From a phage: a stretch of 64,000 bases of DNA. Below are positions 42,236-55,300 of the stretch, one piece after another. The notes under the pieces are model-generated. The model saw nothing but the letters and a program-made list of their open reading frames with translations. It did not search any database and was not told where the DNA came from. Position 1 is the first letter of the stretch. Every line of letters begins with the position of its first letter. Location of the stretch: sequence record PZ386974.1. One strand, 5' to 3'. A program made the translations under genes and the position numbers.

Positions 42236-42645
42236 TACTTTTTCTTATGTTGGATATTCCAAGGCGGGTTGAACTTTTTGATAAAAAGTGGTTCTTCAAG
42301 GTCCATTGTTGCGATGGTCATTGAACCAAGTTCGTTGGTGACTGAAAGGTCAAAACATTGGCGGGCCCAGAATTCAACCTTTTTGCCTTGCATTAAGGCA
42401 TCCAAAATCATAAGTGATTTTCTTGAATCTGAAGTCTGGTCTTTTCGATTTATGGCTGTTCGATAATAGTTAATGCGTTTCTTTAAATTCTTGGTTTTAC
42501 CAATATACACAAGTTCGTCATCTATAGCAATAGCGTATATGACATTTTTCTTATTAGGGACATCAACTGTTTTAATTGTTGCATCTTCTAATAGCTCCAA
42601 TTCTGTATATTTAATAAAGGAATATTCGGCGGCAATATCTTTCAT
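42235..42645 (-). CDS. denA: endonuclease II (GIY-YIG family)
   Basis: 136 aa, same as T4 EndoII; VYIGKT motif. Confidence 0.9.
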   Translation of the reverse strand: MKDIAAEYSFIKYTELELLEDATIKTVDVPNKKNVIYAIAIDDELVYIGKTKNLKKRINYYRTAINRKDQTSDSRKSLMILDALMQGKKVEFWARQCFDLSVTNELGSMTIATMDLEEPLFIKKFNPPWNIQHKKK

Positions 42646-42671
42646 AATAAAGTGGGACCGAAGTCCCGTCC

Positions 42672-43859
42672 TTAGAAATATTTTTTGTATGAATTGATTA
42701 CATTTTGGTCTACATCATTATCAATTTGTGCGACAAGATAAGAACTGATTTCAACTTCCTGAGGAGCTGCTTGAACTAAATCAGAGTTCAGATATTCACG
42801 AATCCAAGGATACGGATGCTTTGTCGGAGCATCAGTGATTGGGCATGGCAAACCACACTGTTTCATACGAGACACAGTCAAGTAATCAACAAAAGCACAC
42901 ATACTCTGTGTATTGATGCCTGGGCATGTACCGTCTTTAAAGAGGTGTGCAGCCCATTCCTTCTCTTGACTATTTACTTCCATAAAAATGTCAACTGCTT
43001 CTTGTTCACATTCTTTAGCAATTTGAACCCACTCATCACCGTCAGTACCAGATTGAAGTTGACGGATAATGTACTGAGTACCCTTGAGATGGAGTTGTTC
43101 GTCACGAGCAATGAACTTCATAATCTTTGCATTACCTTCCATAATTTCCATATTTTTATGGAAGTTGAAAGTACATGCAAATGATACGTAAAAACGAATA
43201 GCTTCTAAGGCGTTGATAACATGCAAACAGAGATAAAGAGACTTCATTAAATCACGCTTGGCGTTAAACATTATTTCTTCGTACATCTCAATATCATTCT
43301 GCTGGCATGAGCCTATTGAATACTCATAATTTTCCTTAGCATTTTCCCAATGACGAGTCTTGACTAGAACATCATCGTAATATTTACCTATTGATTCAGC
43401 TCGTTTCATGATTGCTTCGTCTAATACAATCTCATCAAATACCTTAGATGGGTCTGTATAAAGATTTCGCATAATATGAGTATACGAACGAGAGTGAATA
43501 GTTTCACTGAAAGTCCATGTTGCAACCCATGTATCTAATGAAGGGTCAGAAATCAGTGCCATAAGTACCGCAGATGGGGCCCTGCCTTGGATAGAATCTA
43601 ATAATGATTGATACTTAAGATTGTTTGTAAAGATGTCCTGTTGGAACTGAGGAAGCTTATTGAACTGCGCAGAGTCCAACATCAAGTTTACCTCTTCGGG
43701 GCGCCAGAAAAATGACAATTGCTTTTCGGTCAAATCTTCAAAAACTTTATGGCGTTGAATATCATAACGCGCAATACCAAGACCAGAACCAAAGAACATC
43801 GGTTCATTCAAAACATCGACTTGTTGTGTGTTAAAAACTGTACTCATTATATTTCTCAC
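42672..43859 (-). CDS. nrdB: ribonucleotide reductase small subunit NrdB (intron-less)
   Basis: 395-aa uninterrupted ORF with diiron ligand motifs. Confidence 0.93.
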   Translation of the reverse strand: MRNIMSTVFNTQQVDVLNEPMFFGSGLGIARYDIQRHKVFEDLTEKQLSFFWRPEEVNLMLDSAQFNKLPQFQQDIFTNNLKYQSLLDSIQGRAPSAVLMALISDPSLDTWVATWTFSETIHSRSYTHIMRNLYTDPSKVFDEIVLDEAIMKRAESIGKYYDDVLVKTRHWENAKENYEYSIGSCQQNDIEMYEEIMFNAKRDLMKSLYLCLHVINALEAIRFYVSFACTFNFHKNMEIMEGNAKIMKFIARDEQLHLKGTQYIIRQLQSGTDGDEWVQIAKECEQEAVDIFMEVNSQEKEWAAHLFKDGTCPGINTQSMCAFVDYLTVSRMKQCGLPCPITDAPTKHPYPWIREYLNSDLVQAAPQEVEISSYLVAQIDNDVDQNVINSYKKYF

Positions 43860-43900
43860 TTAGTTTTAACTCATCCATGAGTAAATTATAATCAAAAGTC

Positions 43901-46156
43901 TTAAAGCTTACAAGCAGAACAATCTTCAGCTTTAGGTGTTTCTAATTCATAGTCATCTGTACCCGACCCATCACGAGTGTTATGATAGTAGAGGTTTTTT
44001 CCGCCAAAGTACCAGAAGTAAAGCAGATCGTCAAGCATTACTGACATTGGCACTTTACCTTTCTCAAATACTGCAGGGTCATAGTAAGTATTAGCAGAAG
44101 CAGATTGGCACACCCATTTCAACATGATAGCAACTTGGGTCAAATAAGGTTTATTACCTTTCTTAGCAAGTTTCCACGCGTAGTCGTAAAGACTCATGTT
44201 ATGTTCGATATTAGGAACAACCTGTCGGAAGTTGCCTTCTTTAGATTCTTTAATACTTACTGGACCGCGCGGAGGCTCAATCCCGTTTGTAGAGTTCGAT
44301 ACTTGACTGCTTGACTCACAAGGCATGAGTGCAGACAACGTTGAGTTACGAATTCCATGTTCTTTGAGTTCAGCTCGAAGTTCTTCCCAGTCACAGACGT
44401 AGTTCGGGGCTGCGATTTGGTCAATCTTTTTATTGTACCAGTCGATAGGTAATTCGCCTCTAGACCATTTAGTGTCTGAATAATACTCGCAACGTCCTTT
44501 TTCTTTGGCGAGTTTGATTGAAGCTTTGATAAGGCCATATTGCAATCTCTCAAACAATTCATGAGTCAAATCGTTAGCGTCTTCATATGAAGCAAAGTTA
44601 GAAGCTAACCATGCAGCATAGTTCGTCACACCGACACCGAGGTTTCGACGCTTTTTAGCTTTTAAAGCTTCTGGAACCGGATAATCTTGATAGTCTAACA
44701 GGTTATCAAGTGCACGTACTTGTACTTCAGCAAGTTCATTAATTTTATCTTGGTCTTGCCAATCAAATTTATCTAATACAAAAGCAGATAATGTGCATAA
44801 ACCGATTTCAGCGTCAGGTCCATTCACATCATTAGTTGGAATAGCGATTTCACAACATAAGTTACTTTGACGAATTGGAGCTTTTTCACGAATAAATGGA
44901 GTGTAGTTATTCGTGTTATCAACAAACTGCGGATAAATTCGAGCAGTGCCAGAACGTTCAGTCATGAACAATTCAAAGAGTTCTAGTGCTTTGATTCTTT
45001 TCTTTCTGATTGTTGGGTCTTTTTCAGCTTTCTCATAAAGCTCACGGAATTTATCTTGATCTTCAAAGAACGAGTAGTATAGTTCGCCTGACATTTCGTG
45101 AGGGCTAAATAAAGTAATATAATCATTTTTGCCAAGGCGTTCCATCATGAGGTCATTAATCTGAATTCCATAGTCCATATGTCGAATACGGTTTTCATCC
45201 ACGCCTTTGTTATTTTTCAGAACTAATAGGTTCTCTACTTCTAAGTGCCACATCGGATAATACGCTGTAGCAGCACCGCCACGAATACCACCTTGAGAAC
45301 AAGATTTTACTGCAGTTTGGAAATGTTTCCAGAATGGAATAACACCTGTATGTCGAACTTCACCCATACCGATCTTAGAACCTTCTGCACGAAGCATACC
45401 AACGTTGATACCGATACCAGCTCGTTTAGAAATATATTCAATAATTGATGCTGAAGTTTTGTTAATAGATTTTAACGAATCACCGGCTTCAATAACTACA
45501 CAACTAGAGAACTGGCGAGTCGGAGTACGAGCACCTGCCATAATTGGGGTTGGCAATGAAACTTGATGAGTAGAAACGGCATCATAAAAACGAATAATAT
45601 GTTTCAAACGGTCATGAGTTTCGTTTTGGTGTAAGGCCATGCCAATAGCCATGATAGCAAACTGGGGAGTTTCATAAATCTTCCCAGTTGTTTTATCTTT
45701 AACTAGATATTTTTCTTTAAGCTGCATAGCACCAGCATAAGTCAGGTCAAAGTCTCGTCCATGTTTAATCTGTGAATCGAGATAAATGATTTCTTCTGCT
45801 GAATATTGAGACAACAGCTCAGGGTCATATTTGCCTTCATTAACACAATAAGAAATATGGTCGATAAAAGCAGGCGGTTCAAACTGCCCATATACATCTT
45901 TACGAAGTGCAAACATTAGCCCTTTGGCGGCGACATACTGATAATCAGGTTCTTCGACAGAAATCGAGTTAGCTGCAACTTTAATACAAATCTTCTGAAT
46001 ATCTTTGGTGCTCATCCCGTCAACAAGATGGGTCTTAATTTCTTCGTACAATTCATATGGGTCAATTTGTGTTCCTTCACATTGCCAAGTTAAGACTTGA
46101 ATAATTTTCTGTGCATCAAAATTTTGGGATACACCACTGCTCTTAGTTACTTGCAT
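43901..46156 (-). CDS. nrdA: ribonucleotide reductase large subunit NrdA
   Basis: 751 aa; class Ia RNR catalytic motifs, C-terminal CSACKL. Confidence 0.95.
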   Translation of the reverse strand: MQVTKSSGVSQNFDAQKIIQVLTWQCEGTQIDPYELYEEIKTHLVDGMSTKDIQKICIKVAANSISVEEPDYQYVAAKGLMFALRKDVYGQFEPPAFIDHISYCVNEGKYDPELLSQYSAEEIIYLDSQIKHGRDFDLTYAGAMQLKEKYLVKDKTTGKIYETPQFAIMAIGMALHQNETHDRLKHIIRFYDAVSTHQVSLPTPIMAGARTPTRQFSSCVVIEAGDSLKSINKTSASIIEYISKRAGIGINVGMLRAEGSKIGMGEVRHTGVIPFWKHFQTAVKSCSQGGIRGGAATAYYPMWHLEVENLLVLKNNKGVDENRIRHMDYGIQINDLMMERLGKNDYITLFSPHEMSGELYYSFFEDQDKFRELYEKAEKDPTIRKKRIKALELFELFMTERSGTARIYPQFVDNTNNYTPFIREKAPIRQSNLCCEIAIPTNDVNGPDAEIGLCTLSAFVLDKFDWQDQDKINELAEVQVRALDNLLDYQDYPVPEALKAKKRRNLGVGVTNYAAWLASNFASYEDANDLTHELFERLQYGLIKASIKLAKEKGRCEYYSDTKWSRGELPIDWYNKKIDQIAAPNYVCDWEELRAELKEHGIRNSTLSALMPCESSSQVSNSTNGIEPPRGPVSIKESKEGNFRQVVPNIEHNMSLYDYAWKLAKKGNKPYLTQVAIMLKWVCQSASANTYYDPAVFEKGKVPMSVMLDDLLYFWYFGGKNLYYHNTRDGSGTDDYELETPKAEDCSACKL

Positions 46157-46243
46157 ATATTCCTCAGTATAGGTTGATAGACATTACTCCAAACGGGATA
46201 GTATTTATCCCGTTAATTTATTATACACCTTTAAACTGAAGCG

Positions 46244-46498
46244 TTAATTATCCTTAGCAATAATTTCTTCGTATTCTTTAGGTGTCAAGACTGTGATATT
46301 GAAATAAACCAACGGTTCTTTTTCCATACCGAATCCACCACAGAATTCACGATATTCATAAATTCGTTCATGTGAATAACAAATGAATCGTTCACCTTTA
46401 ACTGTGATTTCACTATTTGGTGAAGGGATATCCAGTTCACTTGGATTTTTCATTTCAAAAATTGTGGTGCCATATGAATTAATAAAACGTAAAATCAT
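46244..46498 (-). CDS. hypothetical protein (nrdA.1-like)
   Basis: 84-aa ORF between td and nrdA. Confidence 0.5.
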   Translation of the reverse strand: MILRFINSYGTTIFEMKNPSELDIPSPNSEITVKGERFICYSHERIYEYREFCGGFGMEKEPLVYFNITVLTPKEYEEIIAKDN

Positions 46499-46499
46499 T

Positions 46500-48185
<1,686 letters not shown>

Positions 48186-48187
48186 AA

Positions 48188-48451
48188 TTATTTCCTCAGA
48201 TTTTTCTTAACAACTTTCCAATCAGCTTTAAACTGATCGACGTCAGAATGATAAATCCAGAATCCTGCACTTTCACCATCTTCGTAGAGTGGACATCCAT
48301 CACATTCTTCGTTCCAACCCATTTCGCGTAAAGCTTCTTCAGCTTGTTCAAGGAGTTCAGCGTCTTTACCAACAATGTTGAAGTACCATTTACCTCTAAC
48401 TTCAGAATCTTTGATGCTCTGGCGTTGCAATCTCATTTTATTCTCCTTCAC
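48188..48451 (-). CDS. hypothetical protein (frd.2-like)
   Basis: 87-aa ORF. Confidence 0.5.
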   Translation of the reverse strand: MKENKMRLQRQSIKDSEVRGKWYFNIVGKDAELLEQAEEALREMGWNEECDGCPLYEDGESAGFWIYHSDVDQFKADWKVVKKNLRK

Positions 48452-48498
48452 TTTTGATTTGATAGGGCTACTATAACATAACCCTATCTGATTGTATA

Positions 48499-48903
48499 CT
48501 ACTTTTTAAAAGTTTTTTGCAAAAGTTTGATGATTTCGTCGACGTTGGTTTCATCTACGATACAATGGATTTTTGTTACACCTAAAGTTATACCTTCGTT
48601 AGTAGGTTGAGGCTTTACTAAATCTACCTCAGTAAAGTACTCAATAAAGTATTTGAACTCGTCAGGATAAATCTCAAAATAAGTTTCAATTTCACCACCG
48701 GCAGAACATACAGTACCATCTTCCATAGTTACACTTACTACGTTTGACGTATCGCTATCATAATCAGGTTCCATTCCGTTTACAACAAAACTAGGCCCGT
48801 GGAGTTCAATCAATTTTAACATCTTAGCGTTATTATGTGGTGCTTCTTGAACAAAGTCGTCTTTAAATAAAGGGTTAATGATATAAGATTTTCCGATTTC
48901 CAT
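48499..48903 (-). CDS. hypothetical protein (frd.3-like)
   Basis: 134-aa ORF; early promoter upstream. Confidence 0.55.
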   Translation of the reverse strand: MEIGKSYIINPLFKDDFVQEAPHNNAKMLKLIELHGPSFVVNGMEPDYDSDTSNVVSVTMEDGTVCSAGGEIETYFEIYPDEFKYFIEYFTEVDLVKPQPTNEGITLGVTKIHCIVDETNVDEIIKLLQKTFKK

Positions 48904-48932
48904 TTTGATTTCCTCATGTTGTTGATATGACT

Positions 48933-48961
48933 ATACTAACACATCTAGTGAAGAAGTAAAC
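48933..48961 (-). promoter_or_regulatory. T4 early-type promoter (GTTTAC-N17-TAGTAT)
   Basis: minus-strand GTTTAC, 17-nt spacer, TAGTAT upstream of ORF 48499-48903. Confidence 0.4.
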
Positions 48962-48992
48962 AACTTTTTCGGTAATTTATAGATACTCAAAA

Positions 48993-49010
48993 GGGAGACC
49001 GAAGTCTCCC
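48993..49010 (-). terminator. terminator GGGAGAC-ttcg-GTCTCCC + TTTTGAG after gene 32
   Basis: same hairpin as after genes 23 and 35, here on the minus strand. Confidence 0.6.
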
Positions 49011-49016
49011 GATTTA

Positions 49017-49919
49017 TTATAGACCAGCTAACAGGTCATCGAGGTCGCCATCATCAGAGGATGAGGTAGAGCTCATGAAGTCATCTTCAGTTTTTGCAGA
49101 ACTAAAGGCTTCCATGTCTTTATCAAAATCGTCAAGGTCAGAAGCAACTTTATCTGCAACAGAAGCTGCGGCAGCTGCTGCACCACCAAGAGCGGCAGTA
49201 CCAAGAACCTTAGCGAAAGATTCATTTAATTTTTCAAATGATTTGAACTGGTCTTTAGCCGTCAAAGTAGTAAGGTCTACCATCTGGTCATATAGTTCTT
49301 TCTGGAATGCTTCGTCATTAATACGAGGAATTTCAGACTGACCCAAGAATTTAGATTCGTCATAGTTGCTAAAACCGGAAACCTGCTTAGCTTTCAGAAC
49401 GAAGTTAGCACCTTCAAACGGACAAGTAACATCAACTGGAGTTTCACCCATTTCGGTATCAACTGCAATCATTGCATTGATTTTGTCCCAAATCTTTTTA
49501 CCGAAACGATATTTAAATACTTTACCTTCGTTATCTGGAGCTTGAGGATCTTTAACAACCAGAATATTAGCCCAATAAGAAGTTTTACGTTTCAGTTGAG
49601 AATATTCAGCTTTGTTGGTATTGTACAGGTCATTTTTACTAATGTACTGACATACAGGACAAGAGTCATAATCACCATGTGTAGAAGAGCAATTTTCAAT
49701 ATACCATTTACCATTTTTCTTGAAACCATGGTTAACAAGAATTGCAAATGGTAGTGCATCATCAGTTTTTGCTGGCAAGAAACGAATTACCGCTTGACCA
49801 TTACCGGATGCATCTAGCTTCAGCTTCCATTCGCCTTTATCTTCTGAAGAGAAACCTTTGTTACCATTCAGTTTAGCCATTTGAGCAGCGAGGTCAGCAG
49901 TAGATTTACGTTTAAACAT
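49017..49919 (-). CDS. 32: single-stranded DNA-binding protein gp32
   Basis: 300 aa; MFKRKSTA..., zinc-binding H/C cluster, acidic C-terminus. Confidence 0.95.
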   Translation of the reverse strand: MFKRKSTADLAAQMAKLNGNKGFSSEDKGEWKLKLDASGNGQAVIRFLPAKTDDALPFAILVNHGFKKNGKWYIENCSSTHGDYDSCPVCQYISKNDLYNTNKAEYSQLKRKTSYWANILVVKDPQAPDNEGKVFKYRFGKKIWDKINAMIAVDTEMGETPVDVTCPFEGANFVLKAKQVSGFSNYDESKFLGQSEIPRINDEAFQKELYDQMVDLTTLTAKDQFKSFEKLNESFAKVLGTAALGGAAAAAASVADKVASDLDDFDKDMEAFSSAKTEDDFMSSTSSSDDGDLDDLLAGL

Positions 49920-50037
49920 GGATTATTACCTTTTATTTAGATTATTTAATTTATTTACAGTTGGTTGCTACGACACTTATACCTCGTAGCTGGTATGATT
50001 TATTTATAAAGTAATTTTAACACACAAGAAATAAAGC
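49920..50037 (-). promoter_or_regulatory. gene 32 leader: A/U-rich tract plus stem (candidate translational operator) and late-promoter motif
   Basis: minus strand has stem GCTACGA...TCGTAGC, then ~40 nt A/U-rich before ATG; TATAAATA upstream. Confidence 0.4.
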
Positions 50038-50691
50038 TTAATACTTACATGATTTGATTGTTTCTATGAACAATTTCTTAGCAGCATTTCCATCGATTTG
50101 AAGTATTTTTCGATATGCCTTTAATTTGGTAGAATAATTTTGCCAGACTAAGTTATCGGTGAGTTCGTCGTGCTTATCTATAATATTCAAAAATGAATCT
50201 AACAACAAGAAGGTTTCAAATGAAATTACATTGCTTTGTAGCAATTTAAATATGTAGCTCGACTGAACTTTATTATTATAATCAAATATCTCTTGAAGCG
50301 CGCTAACTTCAACTTTCTTACTGAAATAGTAGATGTTACGTACATCTTCAGCAAACGTCTCCTTGGCTTGTTTGAGACGTCCAATATATTCCCTATAGAA
50401 AACTAATGCATCAGCGTCTGATATCTCACCAATCCATGCGTCTTGGTTAGCAACTAAGTTGCTTATGAATATCAAGGTGAGTTCCTTCAATTTATATTTC
50501 TCTGCTAGTTTTTCAAAGAAATATTTATCTCGGCGTTTTTGATACGCATTATCCGAAACACGCATGCACCAGTTATATTTGATTACGTCATACCGACCAT
50601 TAAAATGTTGTTTGCACATCAAGTATAGTTTGTATACCGATTTTCCGTTAATATAACGTTCTCCATCAGGAGGCATGCGTATTTTAATCAT
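50038..50691 (-). CDS. 59: helicase loader gp59
   Basis: 217 aa, matches T4 gp59. Confidence 0.93.
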   Translation of the reverse strand: MIKIRMPPDGERYINGKSVYKLYLMCKQHFNGRYDVIKYNWCMRVSDNAYQKRRDKYFFEKLAEKYKLKELTLIFISNLVANQDAWIGEISDADALVFYREYIGRLKQAKETFAEDVRNIYYFSKKVEVSALQEIFDYNNKVQSSYIFKLLQSNVISFETFLLLDSFLNIIDKHDELTDNLVWQNYSTKLKAYRKILQIDGNAAKKLFIETIKSCKY

Positions 50692-51026
50692 AATAAGAAA
50701 TCTAACGTATTAGTTTTTTCACCACGAGCAACTGATGGGCGAAGCATATTTTCGTCAATTGCTTCGCTTGTAATTTTTTCAACAATTCCTGTAGGAATAA
50801 ATTTAGCAAATTGTGTTTCTGGGATAGAATTTTCTTCCAAGAAAGCAGTTGTTGCTTCTAAATAAGACATACCAAATTGTTCAACCATGGATTCGATAAT
50901 GAATCCGTTTTCTTGTCGGTCAAGCAATTTAGCGATATCATCTTTATCGTGTTTTACTGCTAATTCTTGTTCAGATAAACCGGCCTCATCAACCGGTTTA
51001 ATATCACTTAGTGAAAACTGTGTCAT
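50688..51026 (-). CDS. 33: late transcription co-activator gp33
   Basis: 112 aa, matches T4 gp33. Confidence 0.92.
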   Translation of the reverse strand: MTQFSLSDIKPVDEAGLSEQELAVKHDKDDIAKLLDRQENGFIIESMVEQFGMSYLEATTAFLEENSIPETQFAKFIPTGIVEKITSEAIDENMLRPSVARGEKTNTLDFLL

Positions 51027-51273
51027 AAAGCTCGACTACCTCTTCGTTTTCAGCTTCAAATTGGTCACGAGCGTCTTTATGATAAAGAGCTAACAAACGA
51101 TTAAACATTTTTCCATCGACACCAAGCTCTTCTTTAGCACGAGTACGAATGTCTTTAATCAGTTCATTATAACCAGAAATTTTAAGTTTGTTATCGGAAG
51201 CTTCCTTGACTAGTTTAGCCAGTTCTTCACCATGCACATCTTGATTAAATTCAACTGCTTCTTTCTTAGCCAT
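51004..51273 (-). CDS. dsbA: dsDNA-binding protein DsbA
   Basis: 89-aa product from internal ATG (MAKKEAVEF...) with GAGGT RBS. Confidence 0.85.
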   Translation of the reverse strand: MAKKEAVEFNQDVHGEELAKLVKEASDNKLKISGYNELIKDIRTRAKEELGVDGKMFNRLLALYHKDARDQFEAENEEVVELYDTVFTK

Positions 51274-51280
51274 GTTTACC

Positions 51281-52198
51281 TCAGAATTCATTAATTACAC
51301 TTGTTAATTTAGAAAGGCCAGATTTTACAAAGTATGAATAAATCTTGCCTTTAGGTTGTTGTTTATATGAGTTATAATACTCTATAATGGTTGAAGCAAT
51401 ATTATCAGGGATATAATCAAAATCAATGAGAACCAAATTTTCTTGATACCGTTTATATTCTTCTGCACTTAATAATACTTCAGCTTGAGAACGGTCATTA
51501 GCAATTGCTTCAATAATTGATGTTTTCATGCTTGGAGTTCGTTCACCATCAACTCTGGTAAACCAGAAGTCGCCACGAACTCGAACAGATGCAACGCCGT
51601 CTTTACGGTCACCTTTAAGAATTTTAGTCATGCAATCAATTTCAGCAGAACCGTTCTTAATTTTAACCCATTTTTTCTGTGGTGGCGACCACTGTTTAAC
51701 GTTAGGATATTTGTGTAATTGTGTAAAGTCACCATCTGATGCAACAATACATACCTTATGACCAGCTAATGACAAATATTTAGTTAATACACCGATATGG
51801 TCGTCCGCTTCATACTTGTCAATATCCATTACAACGTATGGCATGTATTTCTTAATCTCATCAACAACTTGATGGAGTGCAGTAAAATATCCTTCCCAAT
51901 CCCACTTTGAAGCTTCACGATCGGTTTTACGATTTTTCTTGTAATAGTAAGCAAAGTCACGACGCCAATAACCTGAAGTAGCATTATCCATACACAATAC
52001 AAATTTTGTATAGCCTTGCTTACGGAACATCACTACGTTTTTACGAATTGAATTCAAGATTACATGTCGAACCATTGGAACAGTAATTTTATCACCGTCT
52101 TCAAAGTTGTTTAATGCGGCTGCCAACGCAATGTTACTAAAGTCGGCAAGTGCAATACCTTCTTTGTAATCTTCATCCAACATCATTTCTAAATCCAT
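51281..52198 (-). CDS. rnh: RNase H (5'-3' exonuclease / flap endonuclease)
   Basis: 305 aa, matches T4 RNase H. Confidence 0.93.
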   Translation of the reverse strand: MDLEMMLDEDYKEGIALADFSNIALAAALNNFEDGDKITVPMVRHVILNSIRKNVVMFRKQGYTKFVLCMDNATSGYWRRDFAYYYKKNRKTDREASKWDWEGYFTALHQVVDEIKKYMPYVVMDIDKYEADDHIGVLTKYLSLAGHKVCIVASDGDFTQLHKYPNVKQWSPPQKKWVKIKNGSAEIDCMTKILKGDRKDGVASVRVRGDFWFTRVDGERTPSMKTSIIEAIANDRSQAEVLLSAEEYKRYQENLVLIDFDYIPDNIASTIIEYYNSYKQQPKGKIYSYFVKSGLSKLTSVINEF

Positions 52199-52230
52199 AT
52201 GAACCTCTTGTTCAGTTAGTCAACTTGTCT

Positions 52231-52260
52231 ATAGTAACACACTCATTTGAAAGCGTAAAC
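52231..52260 (-). promoter_or_regulatory. T4 early-type promoter for rnh
   Basis: minus strand GTTTACG, 18-nt spacer, TACTAT. Confidence 0.4.
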
Positions 52261-52263
52261 TGG

Positions 52264-52271
52264 TATAAATA
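52264..52271 (+). promoter_or_regulatory. T4-type late promoter TATAAATA for gene 34
   Basis: exact motif about 30 nt upstream of gene 34 ATG. Confidence 0.6.
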
Positions 52272-52301
52272 AGTATTATTGAAACAATAAAGGAAAAACG
52301 A

Positions 52302-55300
52302 ATGGCCGACATCAAACGTAAGTTCAGAGCCGAAGACGGTCTGGACGCCGGTGGCGACAAGATTGTTAACGTAGCATTAGCCGACCGTACAGTAGGTACT
52401 GATGGCGTAAACGTTGACTTCCTGGTACAAGAAAACACCGTTCAAGTATATGATTCTACGCGTGGATATAACAAAGGATTTGTTGTTCTTTATGACAACC
52501 GTTTATATCAAGCAATAAATGATATCGTGTCTCCTTCCGGGGCATTTAACCTTTTACAATGGCGTGCAGTTCGTACCGATGCACAATGGATAACTGTAGC
52601 TTCTGGGACTTATCAACTTTCTTCAGGTGAATCGATTTCGGTTAACACCAGTGCCGGCAATGATATGGTTTTCACGTTGCCAAATGCGCCGGTTGATGGT
52701 GACACTATTGTTTTGGCTGATATTGGTGGAAGAACCGGGGCAGTTAAAGTACAGATTAACGCGTCTGTGCAGAGTATTTTAAACTTTAGAGGCGAACAAG
52801 TTCGTACAGTTTTAATGACGCGTCCGCGTTCACAACTAGTGTTTGTGTTTAGTAATCGTTTGTGGCAGATGTATATCATTGATTACGGTAAAGAATCAAT
52901 CACTGTTACACCTGCTACACCATATCAAGCGCAAGCAAACGATTTTATTGTTCTTCGTTTTACTAGTGCAGCACCAATCAACATTACACTTCCACGTAAT
53001 GCTAACAATGGTGATATAATCAGCCTAGTTGATTTAGATAAATTAAACCCACTGTATCATACGATTATTAAAACATTTGATGATACAACGTCTATTGGCG
53101 AAGTCGGGACTCATATCGTCGAAGGTAGAACTTCTTCTGACGCGTTTTTTGTTTTTGATGCTGCAAATAGTTTATGGCGTATATGGGAAGGCGACCAGAA
53201 ATCACGTCTTCGTATTATCCGTACAGATTCAAATATTCGCCCAAATGAAGAAGTTCTTATTTTTGGTACAAATAACGCTACAGCAGAAACTATTAACCTT
53301 ACGCTTCCTACAGGAATTTTGACCGGTGACACTGTTAAAATTTCAATGAACTACATGCGTAAAGGCCAAACAGTAAAAATTAAAGCTGCCGAAGGTGATA
53401 CAATTGCTTCTTCTGTCGCATTACTTCAGTTCCCTAAACGTTCTGAATATCCACCTGATACTCAATGGGTCTCTGTTACTGAACTAGAATTCAATGGCAC
53501 TACTTCATATGTTCCTGTATTAGAATTAGCGTATATCGAAGACACCGATTCTGACACTCATTATTGGGTTGTGCAACAGAATGTCCCTACAGTAGAACGT
53601 GTTGATGCCGGAACTGATGCTACACGAGCTCGTTTAGGTGTTATTGCTCTTGCTACTCAAGCGCAAGCAAATGCTGATTTAGAGAATACTCCAGCTAAAG
53701 AAGTGGCTATTACTCCTGAAACGTTGGCAAATCGTACAGCAACTGAAGCTCGACGTGGTATCGCTAAAATTGCTACAACAGCACAAGTTAACCAGAATTC
53801 CACAGCATCATTTGTGGACGATACTGTTGTTACGCCTAAAAAACTAAATGAGCGTACAGCAACTGAAACTCGTCGTGGTCTTGCTGAAATTGCTACTCAG
53901 ACTGAAACCGATGCTGGTCTTGATGACACAACGATTATTACACCTAAGAAATTGCAGGCACGTCAGGGTTCTGAAACACTATCTGGTATAGTTAAATATG
54001 TATCAACTACTTCTGCTACTCCGGCTGCATCTCGTGGAGCTGCAGGCACTAATGTTTATAATAAAGACACAACCACGTTAACTATTTCTCCTAAAGCCCT
54101 TGACCAATATAAAGCAACTTATGCTCAACAAGGTGCAGTAATTTTAGCTGTTGATAGTGAAGTAATTGCTGGTCAATCACAAGCAGGTTATTCTCATGCT
54201 GTAGTAACTCCTGAAACACTACATAAGAAAACTTCTACTGATGGACGTATTGGTTTAATTGAAATTGCTACGCAAGCAGAAACTAATGCTGGGACTGATT
54301 ATACGCGGGCAGTAACGCCTAAGACGTTAAATGATAGGAAAGCTACGGAAGGATTATCCGGCATAGCCGAACTTGCTACGCAAGTTGAATTTGATACTGG
54401 AACTGATGATACTCGTATCTCGACTCCACTGAAAATTAAAACTCATTTTGATTCTTCTGACCGTACCAGTGTTAATTCTGATTCCGGACTTATTGAAGAA
54501 GGAACCTTGTGGAACCATTATACTCTTGATATTTCTAAAGCAAATGAAACACAACGTGGTACACTTCGCGTAGCGACTCAGGCAGAATCTAATGCAGGAA
54601 CTTTAGATGATGTTCTTATTACTCCTAAAAAGCTTTTAGGGACTAAGTCCACTGAAACGTCTGAAGGTGTAATTAAGGTTGCTACTCGGGCTGAAACTGT
54701 AACAGGAACTTCTGCTAATACTGCTGTATCGCCTAAGAATTTAAAATGGATTGTCCAGAATGAACCAACATGGGCTGCTACTACGGCAATTCGTGGATTC
54801 GTTAAAACTTCATCCGGTTCTATTACATTCGTTGGTAATGATACAGTTGGTTCAACACAACCTTTAGAATCATATGAGAAAAATAGTTATGCGGTATCAC
54901 CATATGAATTAAACCGTGTACTTGCTAACTATTTGCCATTAAAAGCAAAAGCTGCTGACTCAAATTTATTAGATGGCCTAGATTCATCTCAGTTCATTCG
55001 TAGGGACATTGCACAGACGGTTAATGGTTCACTAACCTTAACCCAACAAACGAATCTGAGTGCCCCTCTTGTATCATCTAGTACTGCTACGTTTGGTGGT
55101 TCAGTTTCGGCAAATAGTACATTAACTATTTCTAATACTGGAACGGCAACTCGTCTGATTTTTGAGAAAGGACCTCAAACTGGAACTAACCCAGTGCAGA
55201 CGATGACTATCAGAGTTTGGGGAAATCAGTTTGGTGGCGGTTCAGATACAACACGTTCTACTGTATTTGAGGTTGGTGATGAAACATCTAATCACTTTTA

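Noticed and set aside
42672-43859. Possible group I introns in nrdB or td
   Set aside because: Both genes are continuous full-length ORFs with no insertion, so no intron is present.
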